Assembly: GCA_016776505.1 (NCBI GenBank) | Contig: JADHTG010000010.1 | Location: 1,727-65,726, forward strand | Reading direction: 5' to 3' | DNA length: 64,000 bases | From: Bacteroidota bacterium | GTDB taxonomy: Bacteria > Bacteroidota > Bacteroidia > CAILMK01 > JAAYUY01 | In this document: positions 38,612-49,546 of the stretch, in pieces | Numbering within the stretch: the stretch's first letter is position 1 | Layout of the letters: the number at the start of each line of letters is the position of its first letter | Position numbers and translations under genes: made by a program | Notes under the pieces: generated by a model | What the model was told of the DNA's origin: nothing | What the model saw: only the letters and a program-made list of their open reading frames with translations | Databases searched by the model: none

Positions 38612-39788
38612 CCATCAATTTATGATACGCCAGAAATGCCATAAATCCCATTCCGGTTTTCAATGCCAATTCATCCGGATTAAACAGGGCAGAATGAAGT
38701 GGAGAATCATTATTCATTTTTTTGCTAAATACACCCAACCTGTAAAAAACAGAGGGCTTTGCTTGTGCAAAGTAAGAAAAATCTTCAGCCGTCATTCTTT
38801 GATCCAATTCTTCTACCTGCTGCCCGCCTAAATATTCCAGAGCCGCTGTTTTCACATCTTTGTATAAAGACGGATCGTTGTACAGAGCAGGATAACCGTT
38901 CCTGATCTCTAAATTTGCAGACGCTCCGGAAACAGCATCCACAGTGCTTGAAACAATTTGCCTGATATGGTCGTGTGCTTTTCTCCTCCACTTATCATCA
39001 AAAGTTCTGAATATGCCATCTATTTTCACTTCATCAGGTATTATATTGTTTGCACCATTTCCAATAAATCTGCCGAAAGACAATATAGTAGGAATATTTA
39101 CTGGTGCCAGTTCAGCATTAATTTGCTGCAGGTTTAAAATTAATTGAGCGGCAATCTTTATAGGATCCACCAGCTTATCTGGCACGGCTGCATGCCCGCC
39201 TTTTCCTTTTACAGTAATATAAATTTCATCACTGGAAGCCATAACTGGCCCCGCTTTCAGGCTTATTTTACCACTTTCCAGATCAGGTAATACATGTTGG
39301 CCAAAGATAAAACTAACTTCAGGATTTGTCAGCACACCTTGCTCAATCATTGCTTTCGCTCCCCCCGGAATTCTTTCTTCGGCTGGTTGAAAAATCAGTT
39401 TAATGCTGCCTTTTAATTCCGGACTTATCTGCTTTAAAATTCGCGCAGCACCTAGCAAAGCCGCCATATGCATATCATGACCACATGCATGCATCACTCC
39501 TTTTTGAGTAGAGCAATATTCCACATCATTTTTTTCAAGAACAGGAAGGGCATCCATATCCGCCCTCAGGGCAATAACCGGCAATAATTGTTTCCCCTTA
39601 ATAAATCCAACTAAAGCATTTTTCTCATATTTTTCAAAGGGGATCTTTAACTTTTTTAATTCTTTTGAAATAAAAACAGAGGTATTCTTTTCCTCAAAAG
39701 AAAGCTCGGGATGTGCATGTAAATATCTCCTGATGCGAAGCACATCTGGATAAAACTGATCGACAAGATGTTTAATTGTTGACTTCAT
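38604..39788 (-). CDS. M20 family amidohydrolase (N-acyl-amino-acid amidohydrolase / hippurate-hydrolase-like)
   Basis: ACGHDMHMAALLGAARIL and overall M20D architecture. Confidence 0.8.
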   Translation of the reverse strand: MKSTIKHLVDQFYPDVLRIRRYLHAHPELSFEEKNTSVFISKELKKLKIPFEKYEKNALVGFIKGKQLLPVIALRADMDALPVLEKNDVEYCSTQKGVMHACGHDMHMAALLGAARILKQISPELKGSIKLIFQPAEERIPGGAKAMIEQGVLTNPEVSFIFGQHVLPDLESGKISLKAGPVMASSDEIYITVKGKGGHAAVPDKLVDPIKIAAQLILNLQQINAELAPVNIPTILSFGRFIGNGANNIIPDEVKIDGIFRTFDDKWRRKAHDHIRQIVSSTVDAVSGASANLEIRNGYPALYNDPSLYKDVKTAALEYLGGQQVEELDQRMTAEDFSYFAQAKPSVFYRLGVFSKKMNNDSPLHSALFNPDELALKTGMGFMAFLAYHKLMDE

Positions 39789-39798
39789 CTAGTGGATA

Positions 39799-40224
39799 TT
39801 AGTTTAGATCCGGCAAGTCAATTTCATCACTTACAATCAAAACTGCTTTATAGTTTTCGTTTGCCAGTAAAGCAGTATATAATTTCAAGGCCTCAGTTTT
39901 TGATCTGAAATTACCAACCCGCACTTTAAAATAAGGCTGATTATAAAGCAAATAGGCTCTTTCCCCGCGATATTCAACCATAAATTTTGCTTTGACCTGG
40001 TTCGCGATCGTACGATTTGATCCAGAATAAATCTGGATTCTATAACCGGGTATTTTAGGGCTATTTTCATTCGCAGTATAAATTCTTTGTATCAGTGTGT
40101 CAAGCCGGACATCCTGATATATAATCACCTTGCCTGGCTTAAAGGGCTTTACACTATCTGACTGTGCCCATAAAGAAAATGACATAAAAACACATAATAT
40201 TAAAAGAAGTGAGTGCTTAATCAT
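39799..40224 (-). CDS. Secreted SPOR-domain protein
   Basis: Signal peptide MIKHSLLLILCVFMSFSLWAQ. SPOR-like GYRIQIYSGSNRTIANQVKAKF...YFKVRVGNFRSKTEALKLY. Confidence 0.55.
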   Translation of the reverse strand: MIKHSLLLILCVFMSFSLWAQSDSVKPFKPGKVIIYQDVRLDTLIQRIYTANENSPKIPGYRIQIYSGSNRTIANQVKAKFMVEYRGERAYLLYNQPYFKVRVGNFRSKTEALKLYTALLANENYKAVLIVSDEIDLPDLN

Positions 40225-40225
40225 T

Positions 40226-40897
40226 TTATTTTTTTTCACCATTGACAATTTGAATCCCTGCCGATGTTCCCAGGCGATTAGCACCAGCCCTGATCAGTTT
40301 TTTTGCAAATTTTTCGTCACGAATTCCTCCTGAAGCTTTCAGCTTTATCTTTTCAGGCAGGCACTCCCGCATTAATTTTAAATCCTCGATTTTAACACCT
40401 CCATTAAAACCTGTTGATGTTTTAACATAGTCCACTTCTACTTCAGCGCAAATTTCACAAGCTTTCTTGATTTCTTCTTCACTTAGCAAACCGGTTTCAA
40501 TTATCACTTTCAAGGGTTTGGCTTTCAGCCGGCAAAAGGTGGCTACACTTTCTATCCCATCTTTTACATGTCCATAATCACCACTTTTGAAGGCTGCTAT
40601 ATTCATGACCATATCAATTTCATCAGCCCCGTCTTCAATTGATTTTTTACTTTCTTCAATTTTTGCAGAAATTGAATTATATCCCAGCGGAAAACCAACC
40701 ACTGTAATTACTTTTTGTTTTTTATCATGGAGTGCGGCACTTGCCAATTTAACATAGTAGGGGGGTACACAAACCCCGACAAAATCAAAATCGATTGCTT
40801 CAAGACATAGCTTTTCAATATCCGCTTTTGATGCCTCCGGTTTCAGAAATGTATGCTCGATGTATTGAGAAATCGGTATATTCCCTTTATGTTCCAT
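40226..40897 (-). CDS. deoC: Deoxyribose-phosphate aldolase
   Basis: DeoC TIM-barrel with the Schiff-base Lys context VDYVKTSTGF. Start taken at MEHKG, 10 bp downstream of the secA stop. Confidence 0.85.
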   Translation of the reverse strand: MEHKGNIPISQYIEHTFLKPEASKADIEKLCLEAIDFDFVGVCVPPYYVKLASAALHDKKQKVITVVGFPLGYNSISAKIEESKKSIEDGADEIDMVMNIAAFKSGDYGHVKDGIESVATFCRLKAKPLKVIIETGLLSEEEIKKACEICAEVEVDYVKTSTGFNGGVKIEDLKLMRECLPEKIKLKASGGIRDEKFAKKLIRAGANRLGTSAGIQIVNGEKK

Positions 40898-43800
40898 GAC
40901 AAATCTTATATTTTTTCCCACTGCCACAAGGACATTGGTCATTTCTACCTACTTTTTTTTCCACCCTAACGGGGACTCTTTTTTCTTCAGTATTTGTTGC
41001 GCCTACAGGTGCTTTAGTTCCTTCAAAATCCTGTGGCCTGGATTCTTTCAGGTTGCTTAATCCGGCTCCTCGCTTGGCTTTTCCTTCTGACACATCATCC
41101 GGATCCTGGGTCAGTATATCCCCTTTAAAAATCATAGGGAGCACTTCGCGGCTCACATTGCCCAAAACTGATTCAAATAGTTTGAAAGATTCCAGTTTAT
41201 AAATCAAAATGGGATCTTTTTGTTCATAGGTCACATTCTGAACAGATTGCTTTAATTCATCCATTTCACGAAGATGCTCTTTCCAATGATCATCGATCAA
41301 AGCCAGGGTAGTCATTTTCTCAAACGACTTCAGTATTTCCTTCCCACTTGTTTTGTATGCTTTTTCCAGATCAACCAATACATCAACCACTTTTTTCCCA
41401 TCGGAGAAAGGTACCACAATGTATTTCAGCACCTTACCGCGATCCTCATAAACCCGTTTAATGACAGGAAATGCTTTATCTGCAATGCTGCTGACTTTCC
41501 TGTTATATGCTTCCTTTAGATTTAAAAAGAGTTTATCCGCTAAACTTTGATGTTTTTCTTCGCGAAATTCAGCTGCTGTTATCTGGCTTTGCGTTGCAAA
41601 AAATCGCACAATGTCCAGGCTAAAGGAGTCAAAATCGCCTGTATCTCTGTGATTATCAATTAAATCATCACAAAAATCCCGAAGCATGTTGTTAATATCC
41701 ACTTCCAAACGATCTCCATAGAGGGCATTTCTTCTGCGTGAATAAATTACTTCACGCTGAGAATTCATGACATCATCATATTCGAGTAATCTCTTTCGTA
41801 TTCCGAAATTATTCTCCTCTACTTTTTTCTGCGCCCTCTCAATGCTCCTGGAAATCATGGAATGCTGAATTACATCGCCATCCTTCAGACCTAATCTATC
41901 CATGTATTTCGCGATTCTTTCAGAACCAAATAAGCGCATGAGGTTATCTTCCAAACTCACATAGAATTGAGATGAACCTGGATCTCCCTGGCGACCGGCA
42001 CGACCTCGCAACTGGCGATCGACTCTCCGGGAGTCATGCCTTTCGGTACCGATTATAGCTAAACCTCCCGCGTCTACAACACCTTTGCCTAATTTTATAT
42101 CAGTACCTCTACCTGCCATATTAGTGGCAATTGTCACAGCCCCTGCCTGCCCTGCTTCGGCAACGATGTCAGCCTCCCGCTGATGCTGTTTGGCATTCAG
42201 TACATTGTGCTTTATCTTTTTCCTGGTGAGAATCTTACTTAATAATTCAGAAATTTCAACGGATGTTGTTCCGACTAAAATAGGTCTTCCTTTCGCTACT
42301 AGGGTTTCGATTTCTTCAACAACCGCATTGTACTTTTCCCGAACTGTTTTATAGATTAAATCCTCTCTATCATCACGAACAACAGGCTCATTGGTGGGAA
42401 TTACTACCACGTCCAGTTTGTAAATTTGCCAGAATTCACCTGCTTCCGTTTCGGCTGTTCCTGTCATCCCGGAAAGCTTATGATACATCCGGAAATAATT
42501 CTGAAGTGTAATGGTAGCGTATGTCTGTGTTAGTTTCTCAATTTTTACATTTTCCTTTGCCTCAATAGCCTGGTGCAGACCATCAGAATATCTTCTGCCT
42601 TCAAGAACACGACCTGTTTGCTCATCCACAATTTTGACTTTACCATCTCCAATAATGTACTCTACATCCAGTTCAAAAAGGGTATAAGCTTTCAACAATT
42701 GGTTGATGATATGGATTCGCTCAGATTTAATTGAAAAATCTATCAGCAGTTTGTCTTTTTTCGCTATTTTTTCTTCGTCTGCTAAATCCGAATTGTCTAT
42801 TGCAGATATTTCACCTCCCACATCTGGTAACACAAAAAAAGTAGCATCTTCTCCCTGGGAAGTGATCGCTTCAATTCCCTTGTCAGTTAATTCGATGGAA
42901 TTGTTTTTCTCATCAATTACAAAGAAAAGTTCTTTATCGATCTCAGGCATATGCTTTGATTGTTCTTGCATAAAATGATTCTCTACCTTTTGCAAATAGC
43001 TTTTGATGCCTGTTTCACTTAAAAATTTAATAATTGCCTTATTTTTGGGCAAACCCCTGAACGAGCGCAAAAGCATCATGGCTGGTTCGCTTGTTTCTTT
43101 ATGATCAAGCGATTTTGATAAAGATGTTTTTGCGATATTCAGCGCTTTATTCACATAATCCTTTTGGTAGCGCAATAATTTTTCAACCCTGGGTTTAAGT
43201 TCCAGGAAATTTTCCTGATCTTTTTCTGTATTGGTTGTAGGACCTGAAATAATTAATGGAGTTCTTGCATCATCCACCAAAACAGAGTCCACCTCATCCA
43301 CCATCACATAATGATGTTTTCTCTGAACTAAATCTTCAGGATTTCGAGCCATGTTATCTCTCAGATAATCAAAGCCGAATTCATTATTTGTTCCGTAGGT
43401 TATATCTGCTCGATAGGCTTTCCTTCTTTCGGCTGAATTGGGTTTATGATATTCTATACAGTCAACCGTAATTCCCAAAAATTCATACAAAGGAGCATTC
43501 CATTCACAGTCTCGTCTGGCCAGGTAATCATTCACAGTTACAATATGAACACCCTCTCCTGACAAAGCATTGAGATAGGCAGATAATGTTGAAACCAGGG
43601 TTTTTCCTTCACCGGTTGCCATTTCAGCAATTTTCCCGTCATGGAGTACTACACCACCAATGAGCTGAACATCATAATGGATCATTTCCCATTTAATCAT
43701 TCCTCCTGCTGCATCCCATTCATTGGCATAGTAAGCCTTGTCTCCTTTTATGGTGACAAAATCTTTCGAAACTGCTAATTCTTTATCTCTTTCATTGGCC

Positions 43801-44204
43801 TGTATAATAAGCAATTTATTATCTGTCAGGCGTTTTGCTACCTGCTTCATGGTGGCAAATGCTTCAGGCAGGATTTGTTTCAGAACAGTTTCCAGTTCCT
43901 CATTTTTGTCCTTTTCCAGTTTGTCAATATCGCGATACAGGTCTTCCTTTACTTCAGGCTCCATATCCAGGTTGGCTTCAATAGATCCCCTGATCCTGGC
44001 AATTTCATCATCAATGGATTTCAGATGCTCTTTAATTCGATTTCTAAAAATGGTGGTATTCGCTCTTAAATCATCATCAGAGAGCGAGTGGTAGGTATCA
44101 TAAAACTCATTGATTTTATTTACAAAAGGAGTGGCTTCTTTCACATCACGTTCGGATTTACTCCCAAATACTGTGTTTATAACCTTTGCCAGAGTAATAG
44201 CCAT
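40887..44204 (-). CDS. secA: Preprotein translocase ATPase SecA
   Basis: DEAD-like motor motifs, 1105 aa, C-terminal zinc-binding CPCGSGKKYKICHG. Confidence 0.95.
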   Translation of the reverse strand: MAITLAKVINTVFGSKSERDVKEATPFVNKINEFYDTYHSLSDDDLRANTTIFRNRIKEHLKSIDDEIARIRGSIEANLDMEPEVKEDLYRDIDKLEKDKNEELETVLKQILPEAFATMKQVAKRLTDNKLLIIQANERDKELAVSKDFVTIKGDKAYYANEWDAAGGMIKWEMIHYDVQLIGGVVLHDGKIAEMATGEGKTLVSTLSAYLNALSGEGVHIVTVNDYLARRDCEWNAPLYEFLGITVDCIEYHKPNSAERRKAYRADITYGTNNEFGFDYLRDNMARNPEDLVQRKHHYVMVDEVDSVLVDDARTPLIISGPTTNTEKDQENFLELKPRVEKLLRYQKDYVNKALNIAKTSLSKSLDHKETSEPAMMLLRSFRGLPKNKAIIKFLSETGIKSYLQKVENHFMQEQSKHMPEIDKELFFVIDEKNNSIELTDKGIEAITSQGEDATFFVLPDVGGEISAIDNSDLADEEKIAKKDKLLIDFSIKSERIHIINQLLKAYTLFELDVEYIIGDGKVKIVDEQTGRVLEGRRYSDGLHQAIEAKENVKIEKLTQTYATITLQNYFRMYHKLSGMTGTAETEAGEFWQIYKLDVVVIPTNEPVVRDDREDLIYKTVREKYNAVVEEIETLVAKGRPILVGTTSVEISELLSKILTRKKIKHNVLNAKQHQREADIVAEAGQAGAVTIATNMAGRGTDIKLGKGVVDAGGLAIIGTERHDSRRVDRQLRGRAGRQGDPGSSQFYVSLEDNLMRLFGSERIAKYMDRLGLKDGDVIQHSMISRSIERAQKKVEENNFGIRKRLLEYDDVMNSQREVIYSRRRNALYGDRLEVDINNMLRDFCDDLIDNHRDTGDFDSFSLDIVRFFATQSQITAAEFREEKHQSLADKLFLNLKEAYNRKVSSIADKAFPVIKRVYEDRGKVLKYIVVPFSDGKKVVDVLVDLEKAYKTSGKEILKSFEKMTTLALIDDHWKEHLREMDELKQSVQNVTYEQKDPILIYKLESFKLFESVLGNVSREVLPMIFKGDILTQDPDDVSEGKAKRGAGLSNLKESRPQDFEGTKAPVGATNTEEKRVPVRVEKKVGRNDQCPCGSGKKYKICHGT

Positions 44205-44411
44205 TGCAATTTTTTGATTAACTGTATTTAAATATTAACTGAACTTTATTATTTAAAACAAAATTAAACATTCTGAATCAGATAATACAGCTTTGATTTA
44301 CCATTAACATAGAACCTGCAATGACAACAACTATACCATTTAACAGCCTGGCAGAGAAGCAAATTAGAAAGGAAAAAACTAACTTGCACTAATTTTTGAT
44401 TAATATGATTT

Positions 44412-45860
44412 GTGAGTAAACTGATAAAATTATCATTTAGACATTTCACAGGACCATTCATTATTACCTTTTTTATTGCCCTGTTTGTACTAATTATGCA
44501 ATTTCTCTGGAAATATGTAGACGAACTGGCAGGGAAAGGACTTGAATGGTACATCATTACGGAGCTTCTTTTTTACGCATCGGCTCACCTTGTTCCACTG
44601 GCACTCCCTTTAGCTGTATTACTTTCATCCATCATGACTTTTGGCGGATTGGCAGAGAATAATGAACTGATGGCATTTAAATCATCAGGTGTGTCATTGG
44701 TTCGCATCATGATCCCTTTATTGATTTCCATGTTATTTATTGGCTCAGGAGCATTTCTCTTTTCAAATTACACCCTGCCGAATGCCAATTTAAAATTTGG
44801 TACATTACTTTATGATGTACAGGAGAAAAAACCTTCCTTTGATCTGAAGGATGGTCTTTTTTATAATGGGATTGATCAATATAATATCCGGGTCGGGAAG
44901 AAAGATAAAAATGGAGAGGATATCTATGATGTGCTGATTTATGATCATACCACTGGTTCTGAGAACTTGATTGTAATTCGTGCTGAAAAAGGTAAAATGA
45001 AGCATAATGAAGCAGAAAATTCGCTTAGTCTCACACTTTTTAACGGACATCGATATGAAGAAATCCGCTCGTTAAAAAACGCCAATCAAACACTTCCTCA
45101 CAGCCAGTTGGCTTTCAAAGAATATCGGATTGTTTTTGATCTATCCTCCTTTAAATTTGATCGCTCAGATGTGCAATTATTTAAAGGGAATTACAAGATG
45201 CTTAAAATGAATGAGTTGAGCGAAAAACAGGATTCCATAAGCATAGAAATCGCAGATATAAAACCTAAAACAAAGAAATATCTTCAACCTTATTTGTATT
45301 TCCTCAAAGACAGTTCTTTTGTAGGAGTCAGGAAGGATAGCCTGGACCTGAACTTAGACAGCATGATTATGCTTTTAAGGTTGCCTGATAAAGAGAATGT
45401 TTACCGTAGGGCACTGGCTAATTCAAGAACGGCAAAACACCTTGTATCATCACCTGCAAGTATGATCAGCATGTTGAGATTATCAAACATTGGATATGAG
45501 ATTGAGTGGCATCGAAAAATAATTTTATCCATTGTTATTTTGCTCTTGTATTTAATTGGAGCCCCCATGGGAGCCATTATTCGAAAAGGTGGATTTGGTA
45601 TGCCCACGGTGGTGTCAATTATCCTTTTCATTTCATTCCATATTATCTCCATGACTGGTGAAAAATTAGCTAAACAATCCATTGTGGATCCCTGGTTTGG
45701 TATGTGGTTGCCTGTGATGGTACTCACACCAGTTGCTTTGTTTTTAACCATAAAAGCAAACTCTGATTCCAGATTATTCAGTAATGAAGGATATGAGCGA
45801 TTTAGGGTATGGATATCAAACAAATTAAAAATAAACAATGACCCAATTAATTTCAGTTAA
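44412..45860 (+). CDS. LptF/LptG family LPS export permease (YjgP/YjgQ)
   Basis: Six-TM permease with a large periplasmic beta-jellyroll insert; the N-terminus matches the family. Confidence 0.75.
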   Translation: MSKLIKLSFRHFTGPFIITFFIALFVLIMQFLWKYVDELAGKGLEWYIITELLFYASAHLVPLALPLAVLLSSIMTFGGLAENNELMAFKSSGVSLVRIMIPLLISMLFIGSGAFLFSNYTLPNANLKFGTLLYDVQEKKPSFDLKDGLFYNGIDQYNIRVGKKDKNGEDIYDVLIYDHTTGSENLIVIRAEKGKMKHNEAENSLSLTLFNGHRYEEIRSLKNANQTLPHSQLAFKEYRIVFDLSSFKFDRSDVQLFKGNYKMLKMNELSEKQDSISIEIADIKPKTKKYLQPYLYFLKDSSFVGVRKDSLDLNLDSMIMLLRLPDKENVYRRALANSRTAKHLVSSPASMISMLRLSNIGYEIEWHRKIILSIVILLLYLIGAPMGAIIRKGGFGMPTVVSIILFISFHIISMTGEKLAKQSIVDPWFGMWLPVMVLTPVALFLTIKANSDSRLFSNEGYERFRVWISNKLKINNDPINFS

Positions 45861-45880
45861 TTTTGCAAGAAGCTGATTGA

Positions 45881-47116
45881 TTGATTGTTCAGCGCAAGAA
45901 AATGAAAATATTACAGCTTTGCTTTCGAATGCCTTATCCACTAAAAGATGGTGGAGCAATTGCCATGTTTAACATGACCAAAGGATTAGCAGATGCCTGT
46001 GCTGACATGACACTTCTTGTTCCTTTAACCAGCAAACATGATTTAGATCTAGACCAACTTCCCTTAGCTGTTAAAAACCTTGCTGAAATTCATAGCCAGA
46101 GAATTAATAGTGATATTACTACGATGGGTGCTTTTCGGAATCTGTTCACAAAAAAGCCATATTACCTGTCTCGATACCTTGACAATAACTTCAAGACGAA
46201 ACTTCGTCAATTACTTGAAGATAATACTTTTGACATCATCCTTATTGAAAGCCTGAAAGTAAGCATGTATTTGCCTGTGATTCGTCAATACAGTAAAGCC
46301 ATGGTAGTGCTTCGATCACATAATGTCGAGCATTTAATATGGAAGCGCCTGGCTGTTCAATCGAATGGATTGAAAAAGTATTTCCTGGATGTGATGGTAA
46401 GCAGGTTAAAAAAATATGAGATTAAAATCCTGAATGATTTTGACGCTATTGCATCCATCACATCTGTAGACGCTGATTTTTTTGAGAAAAATGGGTGTAA
46501 AACCCCCATAATCATCACTCCATCCGGTATTGATTTTGACCAATTCGTAGCTGATAGAAAGCAAATAAAACCAAACACTTTGTTTCATTTGGGAGCACTT
46601 GACTGGCTACCCAACATCGAAGCAATTGAATGGTTTTTAACAGACGTCTGGCCTGTCATTTTCCGGGAATATTCCCATCTTCATTTTCATATTGCAGGGC
46701 GCAATATGCCTTCTTCCCTGAGATCGAAAGAGATCAAAGGAGTAAAACTGCTAGGTGAAGTAGAAAATGCCCATGCCTTCATAAATGAAAATGAGATTAT
46801 GATTGTTCCATTATTATCAGGAAGTGGAATGCGAATTAAAGTGGTGGAAGGAATGGCATTAGGCAAATGCATTATTTCAACAAGCATTGGAGCTGAAGGA
46901 ATTGGCTGTGAGAATGGAAAAAATATACTGATCGCAAATAATCGGGATGAATTCCTGGAACAAATCCGCTTATTGCAGTCAGATAAGGATTTGGCCCGTA
47001 AAATTGGACAGGAAGCAATTGCATTCGTGAAAGAAAATTATGATAATAAAAAAATTATTGATCATCTTTTATCAGAATTAAAGGAATTGAATAAAAATAC
47101 AATTAAGCACAAGTGA
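45881..47116 (+). CDS. Glycosyltransferase family 4
   Basis: GT-B fold, C-terminal GT1 block ...IVPLLSGSGMRIKVVEGMALGKCIISTSIGAEGI. Confidence 0.75.
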   Translation: MIVQRKKMKILQLCFRMPYPLKDGGAIAMFNMTKGLADACADMTLLVPLTSKHDLDLDQLPLAVKNLAEIHSQRINSDITTMGAFRNLFTKKPYYLSRYLDNNFKTKLRQLLEDNTFDIILIESLKVSMYLPVIRQYSKAMVVLRSHNVEHLIWKRLAVQSNGLKKYFLDVMVSRLKKYEIKILNDFDAIASITSVDADFFEKNGCKTPIIITPSGIDFDQFVADRKQIKPNTLFHLGALDWLPNIEAIEWFLTDVWPVIFREYSHLHFHIAGRNMPSSLRSKEIKGVKLLGEVENAHAFINENEIMIVPLLSGSGMRIKVVEGMALGKCIISTSIGAEGIGCENGKNILIANNRDEFLEQIRLLQSDKDLARKIGQEAIAFVKENYDNKKIIDHLLSELKELNKNTIKHK

Positions 47117-48291
47117 AAATGCTTTGGGAATTAGTTTTTATATTGAGTATTTTTTGCATTTTGCAATCCTACTTGTTTTATCCATGGATAATTTCCTTGA
47201 TGTCACGCAATAAAAAACAAAATAAATTTACATATACCCGAAACGAATTAGAATTGCCCGCTATTTCCATATTGCTTGCAGCTTACAATGAAGAATTGGT
47301 CATCGAGGAAAAGATCAGGAAAACTTTTGAATGCAATTATCCCCTGGATAAAATTGAATTTTTAATAGGATCGGACGCATCAACTGACCGAACAAATGAA
47401 ATAATTAAGGGCCTTGCAAGTAATTATTCAAACCTTAAACTTTTTGAATTCCCAGCCAGGTCCGGTAAATCCTTCATTATTAATGAATTAGTTAAAAGTA
47501 CATCCAATGAAATTTATATTTTAACCGATGCAAATGTCATTTTTGAAAAGGATACGATTTATCAACTTGTTAAGCATTATAAAAACCCGGATATTGCACT
47601 TGTTGGGGGAAATATCATTAATTCCAGGTTCAGAAAAGATGGGATTTCCATACAGGAGGAAAAATATATTAGCAGGGAAAACCTGATCAAATACCAGGAA
47701 GGAATACTCTGGGGATCTATGGTTGGGGCCTTTGGCGGTTGTTATTCTTTACGTTCGCACTACTATGCACCGGTTCCTCCCCGTTTTTTTATGGATGACT
47801 TTTATATTACAATGAATGTCATAGAAAATAAAGGGAAATGCATCAATGAACTGAAGGCCATTTGTTATGAAGATATTTCCAATAAAATAACAGAAGAATT
47901 CAGGCGTAAAGTGAGAATTTCAATAGGAAATTTTCAAAACCTGTTCAGGTACTGGAAGCTTTTATTTCCCATATTCTCAGGCGTATCGTTCAGTTTCTTT
48001 TCCCATAAAATACTACGCTGGCTGGGACCATTTCTGCTCCTGTTGATTTTTATTTCAAATGTATTCCTGTTTCAAAGTGGATTCTTTTTTAAGATTACGA
48101 TGATTGGACAAATTATTTTAATCATCATACCATTTATCGATGCTTTCTTGCGCAGTATTAATCTTCACTTAAATTTGCTGCGTTTTATCAGCCATTTTTA
48201 TTTAATGAATTTGGCATTATTGATAGGCTTTATCAGATTTATTGAAGGGGTTAAATCAAATATTTGGCAACCCACACAAAGGTATCAGTGA
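47113..48291 (+). CDS. Glycosyltransferase family 2 (membrane-embedded, processive-synthase-like topology)
   Basis: GT-A N-terminus [19 protein letters not shown]...[12 protein letters not shown] region, C-terminal TM helices. 4-bp overlap with the upstream GT4. Confidence 0.75.
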   Translation: MKMLWELVFILSIFCILQSYLFYPWIISLMSRNKKQNKFTYTRNELELPAISILLAAYNEELVIEEKIRKTFECNYPLDKIEFLIGSDASTDRTNEIIKGLASNYSNLKLFEFPARSGKSFIINELVKSTSNEIYILTDANVIFEKDTIYQLVKHYKNPDIALVGGNIINSRFRKDGISIQEEKYISRENLIKYQEGILWGSMVGAFGGCYSLRSHYYAPVPPRFFMDDFYITMNVIENKGKCINELKAICYEDISNKITEEFRRKVRISIGNFQNLFRYWKLLFPIFSGVSFSFFSHKILRWLGPFLLLLIFISNVFLFQSGFFFKITMIGQIILIIIPFIDAFLRSINLHLNLLRFISHFYLMNLALLIGFIRFIEGVKSNIWQPTQRYQ

Positions 48292-48292
48292 A

Positions 48293-49504
48293 ATGTTAGA
48301 CAAAATAACAGAGGCAATTGAAGACATCAGGCAAGGCAAACTAGTCATAGTCGTGGATGAGGAAGACAGGGAAAATGAAGGAGATTTTGTTACTGCTGCC
48401 CGTAACATCACCCCTGAGCTGATCAATTTCATGACCAAAGAGGGTCGTGGATTAATCTGCGCGCCTATTGTTGAATCTCGAGCAGATCAGTTAGGTCTTG
48501 AGCTCATGGTGACCAACAATACAGCCTTGCATGAAACTCCATTTACAGTTTCTATCGACCTCATAGGCCACGGTTGCACTACCGGAATATCTGCATCCGA
48601 CCGGGCAAAAACAATACAAGCGTTGATTGCTTCTGAAACAACTACGGATGATTTTGGCAAACCCGGACATATTTTTCCTCTGCGTGCAAAGGAAGGCGGT
48701 GTTTTAAGAAGAGCCGGACATACAGAAGCAACTATCGACCTGGCCCGGCTTGCAGGCTTTGAGCCTGTTGGTGCTTTAGTGGAAATATTGAACGATGACG
48801 GTTCGATGGCCAGGTTATCACAACTGAAAGAAATAGCCAAAAAATTCGATCTGAAAATAATCTCCATTAAAGAATTAATCGAGTACAGACTGTCCAAAGA
48901 TTCATTGATTGAACGACTCATTGATGTGGACCTTCCTACAGAATTCGGGAGTTTTGAGGTGGTTGCCTATAAACAGCTAACAACCAACGAAGTACACCTG
49001 GCTTTGGTCAAGGGTAAGTGGAATCCTGATGAAGTAGTGATGGTGAGGGTGCATTCATCCTGTGTTACCGGAGATATTTTTGGATCTTTCCGCTGCGATT
49101 GTGGCCCGCAACTGCATAAAGCAATGGAAATGGTTGAAAAAGATGGAAAAGGAGTGGTCATTTACATGAACCAGGAAGGACGCGGAATTGGCCTCATCAA
49201 TAAACTGAGAGCTTATAAACTGCAGGAAAGTGGACTGGATACTGTGGAAGCAAATCTTCATTTAGGTTTCAGCCCTGATGAAAGGGACTATGGTGTGGGT
49301 GCCCAAATAATCCGTGATCTTCAAATCAATAAGATCAAACTGATTACTAACAATCCTGCCAAGCGAATCGGATTGCAGGGCTATGGATTAAATATCGTGG
49401 ATCATGTGGCACTCGAAATTGAACCTAACCAGTTCAACCATACCTACCTCAAAACTAAAAAAGATAAAATGGGTCATGATCTGCATTCCAGAGACCTGGA
49501 CTAG
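48293..49504 (+). CDS. ribBA: Bifunctional 3,4-dihydroxy-2-butanone-4-phosphate synthase / GTP cyclohydrolase II
   Basis: DHBP synthase block [11 protein letters not shown] and GCH-II zinc motif CDCGPQ. Start taken at 48293, immediately after the GT2 stop. Confidence 0.9.
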   Translation: MLDKITEAIEDIRQGKLVIVVDEEDRENEGDFVTAARNITPELINFMTKEGRGLICAPIVESRADQLGLELMVTNNTALHETPFTVSIDLIGHGCTTGISASDRAKTIQALIASETTTDDFGKPGHIFPLRAKEGGVLRRAGHTEATIDLARLAGFEPVGALVEILNDDGSMARLSQLKEIAKKFDLKIISIKELIEYRLSKDSLIERLIDVDLPTEFGSFEVVAYKQLTTNEVHLALVKGKWNPDEVVMVRVHSSCVTGDIFGSFRCDCGPQLHKAMEMVEKDGKGVVIYMNQEGRGIGLINKLRAYKLQESGLDTVEANLHLGFSPDERDYGVGAQIIRDLQINKIKLITNNPAKRIGLQGYGLNIVDHVALEIEPNQFNHTYLKTKKDKMGHDLHSRDLD

Positions 49505-49546
49505 GCTGATATTTCCCGAAATCTGATATTATTGCCCCCTGATTTT

